Program-made: the position numbers and the translations under genes | Notes under the pieces: model-generated | Told to the model about the DNA's origin: nothing | Seen by the model: only the letters and a program-made list of their open reading frames with translations | The model's database searches: none | From: a virus | Strand: one strand, 5' to 3' | DNA length: 64,000 nt | Virus record (IMG/VR): IMGVR_UViG_3300045988_109836 | Shown here: positions 36,662 through 45,862 of the stretch, in pieces | Numbering within the stretch: the stretch's first letter is position 1 | Layout: the number at the start of each line of letters is the position of its first letter

Positions 36662-38305
36662 TTATCCACGAATTAAGTAACCTGTAAAGAACAACTTGGT
36701 GATTTCGTTATTTACCACAATTTTGTAAGTGGTGAAATAAGCGTCTTCCTTTCTTGTTGTCACTACATCCTTGAACGACAGAATCAGATTGTCTTGTGCG
36801 TCCGTTGCGGTTCTTGACTGTAAATATGCCACTGTCCAATCCTTCACCGCTCCTGCTGTCAGTGTATTGGCGTTAACACCGTTTTCCTGTCCCAGCAAGT
36901 CCAATGTCGCATTTACAATCAATTCCTTATTGATTTGTGCGACGATACGCATGAACTGGATAGAATAGGACTGTCCTTTTGCGTTGAACAAGTTAGCGTT
37001 GTCCTGCAATGTATTCACACCTTGCAAGATGTTGAACTTTCCGGTGTAGTCATTCAATACGGTTGTCAGAATACCGTATTTCAATGCCTTCTTCTTTTCA
37101 GAATCAGTCAATGCGTGTTGCAGTCTGTCAACACCGATTGTCTTGAATGTAGGCGGTACATAAGGCGGTTTTCCACTGATACGACCCACAATCGCGCACA
37201 AGTTATACATTACACCCCACCAACGGATTTTCTGCGCATCGAATGCAGATACCACACCAGCACCACCGTGTACAAGCTGTACAAATGAGCTGTCGAACTT
37301 CTTTGCCAAATCAATTTCCTTTGAGAAATCGGCTCCCTTGTCATATCCTGCCACATAGAGGAAATGCTGGAATTTGGCCGCACCATTCATGTGTGTAAGA
37401 TATGCCTTTGTCGTGGCCGAATAGGCGTTGTCTCCTACCTGGTCCAAAATCACATTACTATAGTCCAAACCTACAATCTGGTCCAGTACAGCATTGAAAT
37501 CGTTCGCGTCGAATGATTCCGTACCGCCTGCCGCCAGAATATAGGGTTTACCATTAAGGGCTGTGGTGATATCGTTTTCTTCGATTGTCCCATCTCCCTG
37601 TACTTCCGTATCGGATGTTAACACGAATGCCAGTGCAAAGTTAGAATCATTTGTAGCCCAGTCTACAAGTTCTTGCATGTTCTCAAATTCCGGTGATTCA
37701 AGAACAAGCTCTGGGTCGCAATTCTCCTGCGTAATATCACCGTATGGCAGACCGTCCGTATAGGTTCCCGTATATGTGCCTCTCCAGAACTGCAAGATGT
37801 GTTTTGTCGGGTCTTCGCGTCCTGCAATGAAGTTCATACCATACCCCTTTGTTAGTAACTTATCGTTCAATAATGAACCGTTTGCTACCAAACCTTCGTC
37901 CAAAGTCTTTACCGCAAATGTGCCTCCTGCTGAAGTTGCGAATGTCATTGTTGCGCCTGTTGTTTTTGCAGCGCGTACAAATTCAAGTTCGGAAACACCT
38001 ACCGCATCCGCATTTGAGGGGTCGGGGGCAAACAGAGCCTCGGCAACTCTCCACCAAAGACCACCTTTCATAAATGCACGGAAATCAGAAATATTGTCGA
38101 AAGTATAGATAGCGTTCTGTCCTTGTGCGTTCTCGCCATTGATACCAGCACCGCCGCCAAATCCGGCTGAATACTTTCCTGTATCAATAATAAGGACCTT
38201 TCCATAGTCAAGATTTCTTGCCGGGTTCATTTCCCCACTTACAATAGTGGAATAGACACCGGGCAATGAAATCTGCCGACCGTTGAAAATAAACGTTGAT
38301 GCCAT
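36662..38305 (-). CDS. Tail sheath protein
   Basis: 547 aa. The N-terminus reads ...ISLPGVYSTIV, the PGVY signature of sheath proteins. The C-terminal region resembles sheath C-domains. It is followed by a tube-sized gene. Confidence 0.7.
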   Translation of the reverse strand: MASTFIFNGRQISLPGVYSTIVSGEMNPARNLDYGKVLIIDTGKYSAGFGGGAGINGENAQGQNAIYTFDNISDFRAFMKGGLWWRVAEALFAPDPSNADAVGVSELEFVRAAKTTGATMTFATSAGGTFAVKTLDEGLVANGSLLNDKLLTKGYGMNFIAGREDPTKHILQFWRGTYTGTYTDGLPYGDITQENCDPELVLESPEFENMQELVDWATNDSNFALAFVLTSDTEVQGDGTIEENDITTALNGKPYILAAGGTESFDANDFNAVLDQIVGLDYSNVILDQVGDNAYSATTKAYLTHMNGAAKFQHFLYVAGYDKGADFSKEIDLAKKFDSSFVQLVHGGAGVVSAFDAQKIRWWGVMYNLCAIVGRISGKPPYVPPTFKTIGVDRLQHALTDSEKKKALKYGILTTVLNDYTGKFNILQGVNTLQDNANLFNAKGQSYSIQFMRIVAQINKELIVNATLDLLGQENGVNANTLTAGAVKDWTVAYLQSRTATDAQDNLILSFKDVVTTRKEDAYFTTYKIVVNNEITKLFFTGYLIRG

Positions 38306-38381
38306 ATTATTTTTCTTTTTTATTTGTCTACGGAATTCTGCGCAATTTCCCTATCAAATCACACATTCATATAAGTCGCTA

Positions 38382-38412
38382 TAAAGATAGTGTTTTTATC
38401 TATATAATGCAA
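38382..38412 (-). promoter_or_regulatory. Candidate Bacteroidota-type promoter upstream of the sheath gene
   Basis: The minus strand reads TTTG-(20 nt)-TATCTTTA. The -33 is a consensus TTTG. The -7 matches TAnnTTTG except for its last base. It lies about 75 nt upstream of the ATG. Confidence 0.35.
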
Positions 38413-38416
38413 AGGT

Positions 38417-39127
38417 TTACAGTCCTTTGTTTATATCAGCTTCCACACCGGGCAATTCGTAATCCCTTTGATAATTATCCGCACCCCACTTGTCAGCCGC
38501 AATGCCTGCATCCTCAAATGCAATCTTGCTAAGCAATTCTTCGTTTACCAGTGTTCCTACAATCTGGTCCAAAGTCAAATCAAGCCTTACAGACTTTATG
38601 AATATAGGAATAGGCAACACGTTCTGGTTTGTCATTAATTCCGTTATCCTTACCTCTACCAAATCATATTGGGTAGAAAGCCAGTTGTAGGAACCCATTA
38701 TAAGTGCATACAAAACTTCCGACATAATTATACTTTCCAGCATGTTGTCCGAAAGACACATTATCTCAAAGTTATGGAAACGGCTATCTCTTATTTGCCA
38801 TGCTCCACCATCGTATATCTGTCCGTTCATTTTCCCTATGGAATTTGCAGCTCCTGGGTCTGCTCCCGGCTCCCTTATTACATAGGCCGGTAATCCCGTA
38901 TTGTCTTTCGGGAATTCAAACAACACCCTTAAATTACGGGGGTTTGTCATTCCTCTCAAAAACAGCTTTTTCGCCTGGTCGTAAAAATCAAAATTCCCTT
39001 CCTTCATCCCATTAAGAAGTCTGTATAAGAAAGTATTCTGTTCGTCTCCCTTATGCAGTCTGTAATCTTCTGGTATATAGTTCAATATTGAAACTATAAA
39101 CTGCTTTACCTTCACAATTTCTATCAT
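38417..39127 (-). CDS. Neck/tail-completion protein (positional)
   Basis: 236-aa ORF just upstream of the sheath gene, overlapping its upstream neighbour by 4 nt. Confidence 0.45.
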   Translation of the reverse strand: MIEIVKVKQFIVSILNYIPEDYRLHKGDEQNTFLYRLLNGMKEGNFDFYDQAKKLFLRGMTNPRNLRVLFEFPKDNTGLPAYVIREPGADPGAANSIGKMNGQIYDGGAWQIRDSRFHNFEIMCLSDNMLESIIMSEVLYALIMGSYNWLSTQYDLVEVRITELMTNQNVLPIPIFIKSVRLDLTLDQIVGTLVNEELLSKIAFEDAGIAADKWGADNYQRDYELPGVEADINKGL

Positions 39128-39909
39128 AGCCCTTTAATTTGTTTTAATGCCTCGTCTATCGCCATTTCAGCAACATATTCTATCTGGGCCTCTTCTAAAG
39201 CCCTGTCCATTAGTTTTTTAGCTGTTATACCACCATTGAACCAGCTTGTAGGGTCTGACTTATCACTAACCCTTCTGAATGTCATATACTGACCTCTCTT
39301 TTCCTGGTCCGAACTTCGAGCCTCAACCCTTACAAGACCTTCATATTTTGCAGACTTGTGCATGTATTCCGGCACGTTCAATCCCGGTATGTTTATCTCC
39401 TTCCTGCTTCCCCTTACCTGCTGGTTTGCTGGCAAGTCTGCGAATTTCAGAGGCTGACCGCCTGCATTACGTGCCATATCGTACACATCTTTAGGCATAA
39501 CAGAACTGAATATTCCGGATTCCGCTATTGCTCCAGGCGTGGCGTGTCTGAACGGTATTGTTAGATACCATCCTAAACCGTCCTTCTTTATCTTTGCCTT
39601 GTCCGAACGTTGGAACCCTATCTTCTCGTCAAACGGTGTCGCACCCTCTTCCAGCATCATAGGAAGTGGACCTGCCGCCCTTGCAGACAATACAAATTCT
39701 ACAGATGTGGCGGAAGTCCGGTCTACCTGCATTGCAGACCGATATATTCCCCGTGTCTGATGCAGTTCAGAATCTACAAGCGCATTCCACCTTCGCATAT
39801 ACTCCTTTACTACATCATCGACAAGACGTGTTCCAAGGAATTCTGCTTCTTGTGGTGTCAATGCGAATTCCGCAACCGTTTCTGATATGTCTACATATAG
39901 AGGTAACAT
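39124..39909 (-). CDS. Neck/tail-completion structural protein (positional)
   Basis: 261-aa ORF in the neck region. No motif recognised. Confidence 0.45.
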   Translation of the reverse strand: MLPLYVDISETVAEFALTPQEAEFLGTRLVDDVVKEYMRRWNALVDSELHQTRGIYRSAMQVDRTSATSVEFVLSARAAGPLPMMLEEGATPFDEKIGFQRSDKAKIKKDGLGWYLTIPFRHATPGAIAESGIFSSVMPKDVYDMARNAGGQPLKFADLPANQQVRGSRKEINIPGLNVPEYMHKSAKYEGLVRVEARSSDQEKRGQYMTFRRVSDKSDPTSWFNGGITAKKLMDRALEEAQIEYVAEMAIDEALKQIKGL

Positions 39910-39911
39910 CT

Positions 39912-40373
39912 TTATTCTTCTGCTATATACCTAATATCACACCCGAACTTTGCAAACAACATCTCTATAAAATCGCTGTCCGTTCCCGACAGACTTTTCC
40001 GGCTCAATGTTACTACCGTCCCTATCTTATAGGCTATCACATCATCCAATAGCTTGTTGAACCCTTTTCTTTGCGCCAATGTAACGTTAAACGTCACGTC
40101 CTTATATACATCTTTGGCATGCAGTCCGTTTTCCCTGCAATATCTTTCCAGTGCTTCTATATGCTTGTTTAGGTTATGTTTGTTCATAACCCTTGCATAC
40201 ATTACATTCTTTCTTTGTCCTTTGGACGCAATCGCATATACCGATTCATCGTCGTAATCTATCCATTGTGTGGCGGAATTATGGGTCTTTATCTTTCCTT
40301 CCTTTACATAATTAGATAGTGTTGCCCGGCTTATGCCCAGGACTTCCAAAACTTTCTTTGCTCTCATATACAA
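39912..40373 (-). CDS. MerR-type HTH plus resolvase-fold protein: an IS607-TnpA-like serine recombinase homolog without the catalytic residues
   Basis: The N-terminus AKKVLEVLGISRATLSNYVKEGKIK is a MerR/excisionase-type HTH, as in IS607 TnpA. NVMYARVMNKHN aligns with the YxRVSSxxQ motif but has Met-Asn where the nucleophilic Ser should be. VVTLSRKSLSG replaces the V..kDRL.R motif. The C-terminus FIEMLFAKFGCDIRYI matches LIEYI...GCEIE. Confidence 0.6.
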   Translation of the reverse strand: MYMRAKKVLEVLGISRATLSNYVKEGKIKTHNSATQWIDYDDESVYAIASKGQRKNVMYARVMNKHNLNKHIEALERYCRENGLHAKDVYKDVTFNVTLAQRKGFNKLLDDVIAYKIGTVVTLSRKSLSGTDSDFIEMLFAKFGCDIRYIAEE

Positions 40374-40422
40374 AATGTTTAAAAGTGTACAAAACTAAAC
40401 ATTTTCTTTCAAAGATGCAAAT

Positions 40423-41217
40423 TTATACGTCCTCAATATCTTCATTATATATCACACCGCTACCGTCAAAATTAGGTTTCTCCATCGCTATAAGATGGCT
40501 TCTTCTTACAATTGCCTGTACCGGAAGTTCTATCTTATTGAGTTGTCCGCTTTTCTTGTCTGTAGCCCATGAAGCACGTATCTCGTGCGGCAAATCTATA
40601 ACATGATATTCCGGGTTATGCTTGTAATATACCGACACAAAGCCGTTTTCGGGCAAAGCGTCTATCTCCATATCCAATATGATACAATAGGGATTAACGT
40701 CGCTTATATGCCCTTTATCCGTCTTTACAAGGGGCTTGTTTGAAGCCTCAAACAGATACATCGCCAATACCTGTACTGGCTTATATGTAGTGAACACAAA
40801 CGGCTGTCCCATATCATCGTATCTTATAGGAAGATTTTCAGAAAAATACGATATCTCGTTTCTGAAAGATATCCTGTCATAATAGGATAAATTCGCCTTG
40901 TCTATATCCCTAACTGTTACAGCCATTGTACCTAAAAGTTCCTGGCTCCATGACTTGTATTTGTCCGTAAAGTTAATCCCTGTTATCAGCGCCTTTGTGT
41001 GTATCGCGTTCACATAGAAATATCCTGTACCGAAACAGTTCTGACAATCCGGCAATGCAGATTCTTTCCCATGACACGGACAACGTAAAGCACGCATTAT
41101 CTCCACGTCGTAACCTTTGGCTTGTATCGCCTTGTCAAATTCCGACTTGAAAAATTCCGGTCTAAAATTACTCAATCCGGAAGACGGGGATTGTAATATA
41201 TTTCTTGTTTCTCCCAT
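40423..41217 (-). CDS. Head-tail joining / neck protein with a DnaJ-type CxxCxGxG zinc knuckle
   Basis: 264 aa containing CPCHGKESALPDCQNCFGTGY. The function is inferred from position only. Confidence 0.45.
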   Translation of the reverse strand: MGETRNILQSPSSGLSNFRPEFFKSEFDKAIQAKGYDVEIMRALRCPCHGKESALPDCQNCFGTGYFYVNAIHTKALITGINFTDKYKSWSQELLGTMAVTVRDIDKANLSYYDRISFRNEISYFSENLPIRYDDMGQPFVFTTYKPVQVLAMYLFEASNKPLVKTDKGHISDVNPYCIILDMEIDALPENGFVSVYYKHNPEYHVIDLPHEIRASWATDKKSGQLNKIELPVQAIVRRSHLIAMEKPNFDGSGVIYNEDIEDV

Positions 41218-41220
41218 ACC

Positions 41221-42024
41221 TTAGAATACTGCAAATTTTACTTCATCATACACTAACTTCAATCTTCCTACAGTCTCTTTTATCTCTTTTTGATATTGAA
41301 GCAATCGTGCAGAATATCCTGCTGATGTTGCAGAAGCCGTTGTATTTATACTTTGACTTAATCCGTCTATACTCAAAGACTGTCCAGAAACACCTGCAAT
41401 CCCTAAAATAAGGTCTCCAGCAATATTTAAAGGGGCAAAAGATGCAAGTTTTCCTAACAGATTAATCAAGTCCATAGGCATCTGGTCCACATCCCATCCG
41501 GTTATATACTGTACCCTCCAATAATCCGGTATATACTGGAAACGCTGCATACCTATCTGTGACGTTATGCCCGTCAATATGATTTCCGCGTTTCCCTGTG
41601 TCGTGGAAGACCCGGTAGGAACAACGCTCAACCTTCTTTTCCCTTGTCCCATACCGCTATCATATTGACATGATAACCACCCCTGCGGATATATAATCTG
41701 TTCTATCTTGTTAAGCATTCCAATCATGCTTAACGGCTTTCTTACCGGATATGAAGGAAACAATATAGGGAATTGCTGCCAATAGTCCTTCTGATAATAA
41801 GTCAAAGACTGGTCAATTAACTGTTTACAGAATTTCAAGTTGAACCAGTTTTCAACCTCTCTTTGTGCTGATTCTATATAGAAACGCATGGATTCGTCCG
41901 TGAATGATGCTCCCTGCCCTCCGTCAATGGTTATTCCATATAGGTATGTCTGCCATATCTCGGCTACAGACAGCACAAGTCCGGAATTTTTCTTATATTT
42001 TATCGTAAACGTCAATTGACCCAT
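41221..42024 (-). CDS. Head-tail connector/adaptor-like protein (positional)
   Basis: 267 aa. FYIESAQREVENWFN resembles the gp6-like connector helix. It lies downstream of the capsid gene block. Confidence 0.45.
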   Translation of the reverse strand: MGQLTFTIKYKKNSGLVLSVAEIWQTYLYGITIDGGQGASFTDESMRFYIESAQREVENWFNLKFCKQLIDQSLTYYQKDYWQQFPILFPSYPVRKPLSMIGMLNKIEQIIYPQGWLSCQYDSGMGQGKRRLSVVPTGSSTTQGNAEIILTGITSQIGMQRFQYIPDYWRVQYITGWDVDQMPMDLINLLGKLASFAPLNIAGDLILGIAGVSGQSLSIDGLSQSINTTASATSAGYSARLLQYQKEIKETVGRLKLVYDEVKFAVF

Positions 42025-42039
42025 CTTTGTAAAGTATTT

Positions 42040-42606
42040 TTATTTAGACAAAATCATATCTATAATTTCCTCTTTCTTTTTGCCTTTAAGGTCTTCTTCC
42101 TTGAAAGAACCTCCGTCTTCTGTCATTGCAAGCTCTTTCAGTTCGTCAACCTTCATTTTCTTAAGGGCTGTTTTCACCTCGTCATCCTCTTCTTGCTTGA
42201 TAGGAGTTTCTTCTTCTGGTTTCGTTTCTGGTTCGGGGGCTGCTGGCGCTACCGTTTCCTTGTTTCCTGCTTTCAATTCCTCGACACATTTCTTCCACAT
42301 CTCAACTTCCTTTTCTTTTCTGGAAATCTCGACCTTCTGTGCCTCAATGATATTTTTAAGGCGCTTGATTTCCTCCTCGAACTCCTGGTTTCCCTCTTTC
42401 ACTTCCGAACGGAGTTTTTCTTCAAGACGTGTTTTATATTCCGGCTCTTCGCCTTCCTTATAGATATCCGGAATTTCACGGCTTACTATTTCCTGGTAGA
42501 GTTCTTCCGAAACCTCCGCTCTACCACTTACAAACTGTACCGGACCACCATTCAGCATAATTCTGTGGTTGTTGTATACCCGGCTTTTTAAAATCACTTT
42601 TTCCAT
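42040..42606 (-). CDS. Hypothetical protein with a coiled coil and a C-terminal HeH/Rho_N-like motif
   Basis: 188 aa with a Glu/Lys-rich coiled coil. The C-terminus LKKMKVDELKELA...KKKEEIIDMI resembles a SAP/HeH motif. Confidence 0.5.
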   Translation of the reverse strand: MEKVILKSRVYNNHRIMLNGGPVQFVSGRAEVSEELYQEIVSREIPDIYKEGEEPEYKTRLEEKLRSEVKEGNQEFEEEIKRLKNIIEAQKVEISRKEKEVEMWKKCVEELKAGNKETVAPAAPEPETKPEEETPIKQEEDDEVKTALKKMKVDELKELAMTEDGGSFKEEDLKGKKKEEIIDMILSK

Positions 42607-42619
42607 AATACAAAATCTT

Positions 42620-42656
42620 TAAACAAAAAGGGAAGGAGTTCAATTACTCCCTCCCT
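42620..42656 (-). terminator. Intrinsic terminator/attenuator after the major capsid gene
   Basis: The minus strand reads GGGAGGGAGT-aattga-ACTCCTTCCC followed by TTTTTGTTT. Confidence 0.75.
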
Positions 42657-42698
42657 TTCACTTTTCACTTTTAAACCTATAAATTTATGTCAAGCCAA

Positions 42699-44213
42699 TT
42701 ACAAGCCCTCTTCGCCGATGTTAACGATACGTACAATCTTCGCTGGCTGATACAATACCGGGGTACCGTAGTTCAGAATTGCAAAACGTTTGCTCGGAGA
42801 TGTAACCGCAAAGTCCATCTTCATAGTGTCTGCAAACTGCAAGTATTCGTTAATCTGGCTGTCATTGTAGTATACCAAAGCTGACTTGGTACCTGCAATG
42901 ATACGGTTGCGGTCACGTACACAATTTGCGGCTGCACCGTCATAACCTGTTGCCATCTGTGCAGCCGGAACCTCAAAGATAGGATAGTATTCGGTGTTTG
43001 CATTCAGAACCGCATTCTTCTTGGTACGGTATACCACGAAGCAAGTAGCCGGATATGCACCACCTACACCAGCGGTAAATCCAAATTCCAGTGATTCAGT
43101 AGCCGCAACAGCCTGTGCACCGCCATCAGTAATATTCAGAGGTGCAGATTCACCGTATCTATTCTTTGCTGTTACCAGGTAACCATAAGAACCTGCATGC
43201 TGTCCGAAGTTGGTCTTGGTGTCTGCGGCTTTTGCTGTAATTACTGTTCCCTTTGTCGGTGTAACCGGGGCTTTAGCACTTGTGGCACCCTTGCCTACCA
43301 TGATAGGCTTGCGTTCGTCGAAGAAACGGTCGTTCTTAATGTTAATCTTACCGAACTGAGTAGTAACGTCGTTTACAGACTGCCCCATAGTAGCACCAGT
43401 TACAGAAGCTGCAAGACCTACAATAACTCGTTTGCTTTCATGGAACATTTTAACGTAGTTGTTGAACACAATCGGGTTAGAAATGATGCGGTCGATATAA
43501 CCGTTATAAACATTCACTACAACGTTTGCAGCGTCTTGAATCAGACTGTCATTCAATACAGAACCCTGTGCGTCAATAACTGCCGGGCTGCTGAAATAAC
43601 CATCCAACAGTTGTTCAGAAGTCTTACCTTCTGCCGTGCCGCCGTCCATTTCATTGATACCCAGCATGTGTTGACGGAACACACCATCAAACTGTTCTTC
43701 CACACAAGAAGAATCAGCGTCAACAAGACGTATATCGATAATTGTACTCAAAAGGATAGTTTTGTTTTCTACTTCCTTCTGATACATATCCATATTACCA
43801 GCCAATTTAGCCAACATTCCCGGATGTGTAACTTGTCCCGATACACCCATGAACTTAGTTACGATTGACTTACGTCTGTATTGAGAATCAGTTTCCTGCG
43901 GTGTCTCGCCTTCTGCGTTGAAGATACCGACTTCCTCACCGTACTTGTACAACTGGTTGTACTGGTATACAGTGTTGTCAATCTTATGTTTAGGCATTTC
44001 CATATAGTAAACCAACTGGTTCATACGGTTGCCCAAAATCTTCAAAACTGAATCCAAAGATTCAACTTTCAGACCACCACCGTTGTTGATTTCGTTGTTA
44101 TACTGCATTCCGGTCTTAAGACCTGCTTCCATCGCTTTCAAGATTTCTGCCGAATCCATGCCGCCCAGTACATCACCCGTACCGTTTTGATTGCTATAAT
44201 TATACAAATCCAT
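42699..44213 (-). CDS. Major capsid protein
   Basis: 504-aa ORF following the protease and scaffold genes, with a strong terminator directly downstream. The call rests on gene order and size only. Confidence 0.65.
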   Translation of the reverse strand: MDLYNYSNQNGTGDVLGGMDSAEILKAMEAGLKTGMQYNNEINNGGGLKVESLDSVLKILGNRMNQLVYYMEMPKHKIDNTVYQYNQLYKYGEEVGIFNAEGETPQETDSQYRRKSIVTKFMGVSGQVTHPGMLAKLAGNMDMYQKEVENKTILLSTIIDIRLVDADSSCVEEQFDGVFRQHMLGINEMDGGTAEGKTSEQLLDGYFSSPAVIDAQGSVLNDSLIQDAANVVVNVYNGYIDRIISNPIVFNNYVKMFHESKRVIVGLAASVTGATMGQSVNDVTTQFGKINIKNDRFFDERKPIMVGKGATSAKAPVTPTKGTVITAKAADTKTNFGQHAGSYGYLVTAKNRYGESAPLNITDGGAQAVAATESLEFGFTAGVGGAYPATCFVVYRTKKNAVLNANTEYYPIFEVPAAQMATGYDGAAANCVRDRNRIIAGTKSALVYYNDSQINEYLQFADTMKMDFAVTSPSKRFAILNYGTPVLYQPAKIVRIVNIGEEGL

Positions 44214-44234
44214 ATTCTTTTATTTTAATAGAGT

Positions 44235-44909
44235 TTATTTCACGAATTTTACACCGTTTTTCTCATACATGTAACGTGCCAGGTTCTCGCCTACGATTTC
44301 AGCGTCCGGATTGATAAGATATGCCAGTGCGTCACTTTCCAGTGATTTAGCGATATCTTCCGGTGCCTCTTCCAAAGACTTTTCAATAAGCTTTACTGCC
44401 ATAGGTCTGTCTTTCACCACGTTAACTTCATATTTACCTGCTTCATCCTTTCTTTCCTCAAAAGATTTCTGAATGGCAGTCATATTGCTAAGTCCTTCTG
44501 AACGAAACATAGGAGTGACACCAGACATCTTGTCCAATTTGTCATTGATACCGTCTACGGTCTCCTGGAATTTGTCGATAGACTTCTGAAAGTTTTCCAT
44601 CAGAGGGGCAAATACAGAACCCAAAGACTTCATGATGTCTTCCGCGTTAGATTTCTCCATCTTTTCGCCTTCCGCATTCTTATCCTCGGCTGTATTCTTC
44701 TCGTCTTCCTTTACTTTTTCTTCGTCCTTCACGGCTTCCTTCTCCAACTTGTTGATATCCTTTTCCTCTTTGGTTTCGGATTCATGGTCTCCTGCTGCCG
44801 CTCCGTTTTCAGACTTTTCGATTTTCACGTTTGCCATAATATACTCGTCTGAAAATCCCATAGACTTCATAAGAGATACAATAGGGTCGTTCAAATATTT
44901 CTCGTCCAT
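44235..44909 (-). CDS. Scaffolding protein
   Basis: 224-aa, highly acidic and helical protein (EKEAVKDEEKVKEDEKNTAEDKNAEGEK) between the protease and capsid genes. Confidence 0.55.
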   Translation of the reverse strand: MDEKYLNDPIVSLMKSMGFSDEYIMANVKIEKSENGAAAGDHESETKEEKDINKLEKEAVKDEEKVKEDEKNTAEDKNAEGEKMEKSNAEDIMKSLGSVFAPLMENFQKSIDKFQETVDGINDKLDKMSGVTPMFRSEGLSNMTAIQKSFEERKDEAGKYEVNVVKDRPMAVKLIEKSLEEAPEDIAKSLESDALAYLINPDAEIVGENLARYMYEKNGVKFVK

Positions 44910-44937
44910 TTTATTAAACTTTTAATTGTGTACAAAT

Positions 44938-45711
44938 TTATTTATTAACGGTTCTCAAATAGTCCTTTATAACGTTCAACTGCACTTTGCCGTTCAGATA
45001 ATATTTATAAAGCTCTTGAAATCTTTCATCTCTTTCCACTATGATAGGGTTAATGGTAATATTGAAAGACTTGTCTATCCTTATATTATATCCGTCCTTC
45101 TGTAGCTCTAAAAGAACGTTGTTAGAACCGTTTCCAATTTCTTTGTTGTCCTCTACAAAATCCACTGTCTGCATACCCTTGACTATATCGGCAAATGAAT
45201 TTGCGTTTACTGGTGTCATTGTCATTGCCACGTTGGTAATCAATGCTTTTGTCACCTTTTTAGGGTTGTTCTTGTCTCTTTCAAGCGCTCTTCCCTCAAC
45301 GGAAAAACCCGGTTTCCGGTCCGTACCGCTTGCAAGCATTTCCAGCGCCTTGTCATAGAACGCCCTTGCTTCTGGTGATTTCTTCCATAACTGGCAACGT
45401 ACGTAGAACTTGTTATTCTTTACATATGCGTCCAATGGATGTCCTATCCAGAACCTGGACTTATTGATAGGGCTTCTTGATGGCAAATGGTCTAAATTGA
45501 TTAGTCCGTGCTTCAAAAATCTGTCTATTACAAATCCGTTTGGGTTCATAGATTCATCCTCCGAATCAATGGAAGAATCGGATGCCAGGCCCTCAAAAAT
45601 CATCTTTTCATATCTTCTGTCGTCCCCTACCGGGTAATCCATAGGATTGAAATCTGATTTCTCAAAGTTTGCCTCTGTGAAAAAATTGAATTTTGAATCT
45701 ACCTCAAACAT
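44938..45711 (-). CDS. Prohead (capsid maturation) serine protease, HK97/S78-like
   Basis: 257 aa. The motifs LINLDHLPS, IGHPLDAY, KPGFSVEGRAL and NVAMTMTPVNANS fit the His/Ser prohead protease pattern. It lies upstream of the scaffold and capsid genes. Confidence 0.55.
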   Translation of the reverse strand: MFEVDSKFNFFTEANFEKSDFNPMDYPVGDDRRYEKMIFEGLASDSSIDSEDESMNPNGFVIDRFLKHGLINLDHLPSRSPINKSRFWIGHPLDAYVKNNKFYVRCQLWKKSPEARAFYDKALEMLASGTDRKPGFSVEGRALERDKNNPKKVTKALITNVAMTMTPVNANSFADIVKGMQTVDFVEDNKEIGNGSNNVLLELQKDGYNIRIDKSFNITINPIIVERDERFQELYKYYLNGKVQLNVIKDYLRTVNK

Positions 45712-45862
45712 CTTTTAATACTCTGTAATCCAACGAATTGAAATAAACATGTTTCTGTAAATATCTAATAATCAATATATTGCAATAACTAAAATATATT
45801 TACAGCTTTACCGATTCAAATGTATGGATTTTTATGCAAATAGCCAAAGTTTTATGCAAAAA

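Noticed and set aside
39912-40373. Calling this gene the active Gin/Hin-type invertase for the fibre switch.
   Set aside because: The positions that align with the catalytic Ser and the conserved Arg/Asp residues are substituted. The protein is IS607-like (HTH at the N-terminus), not Hin-like (HTH at the C-terminus). It is reported as a degenerate homolog instead.
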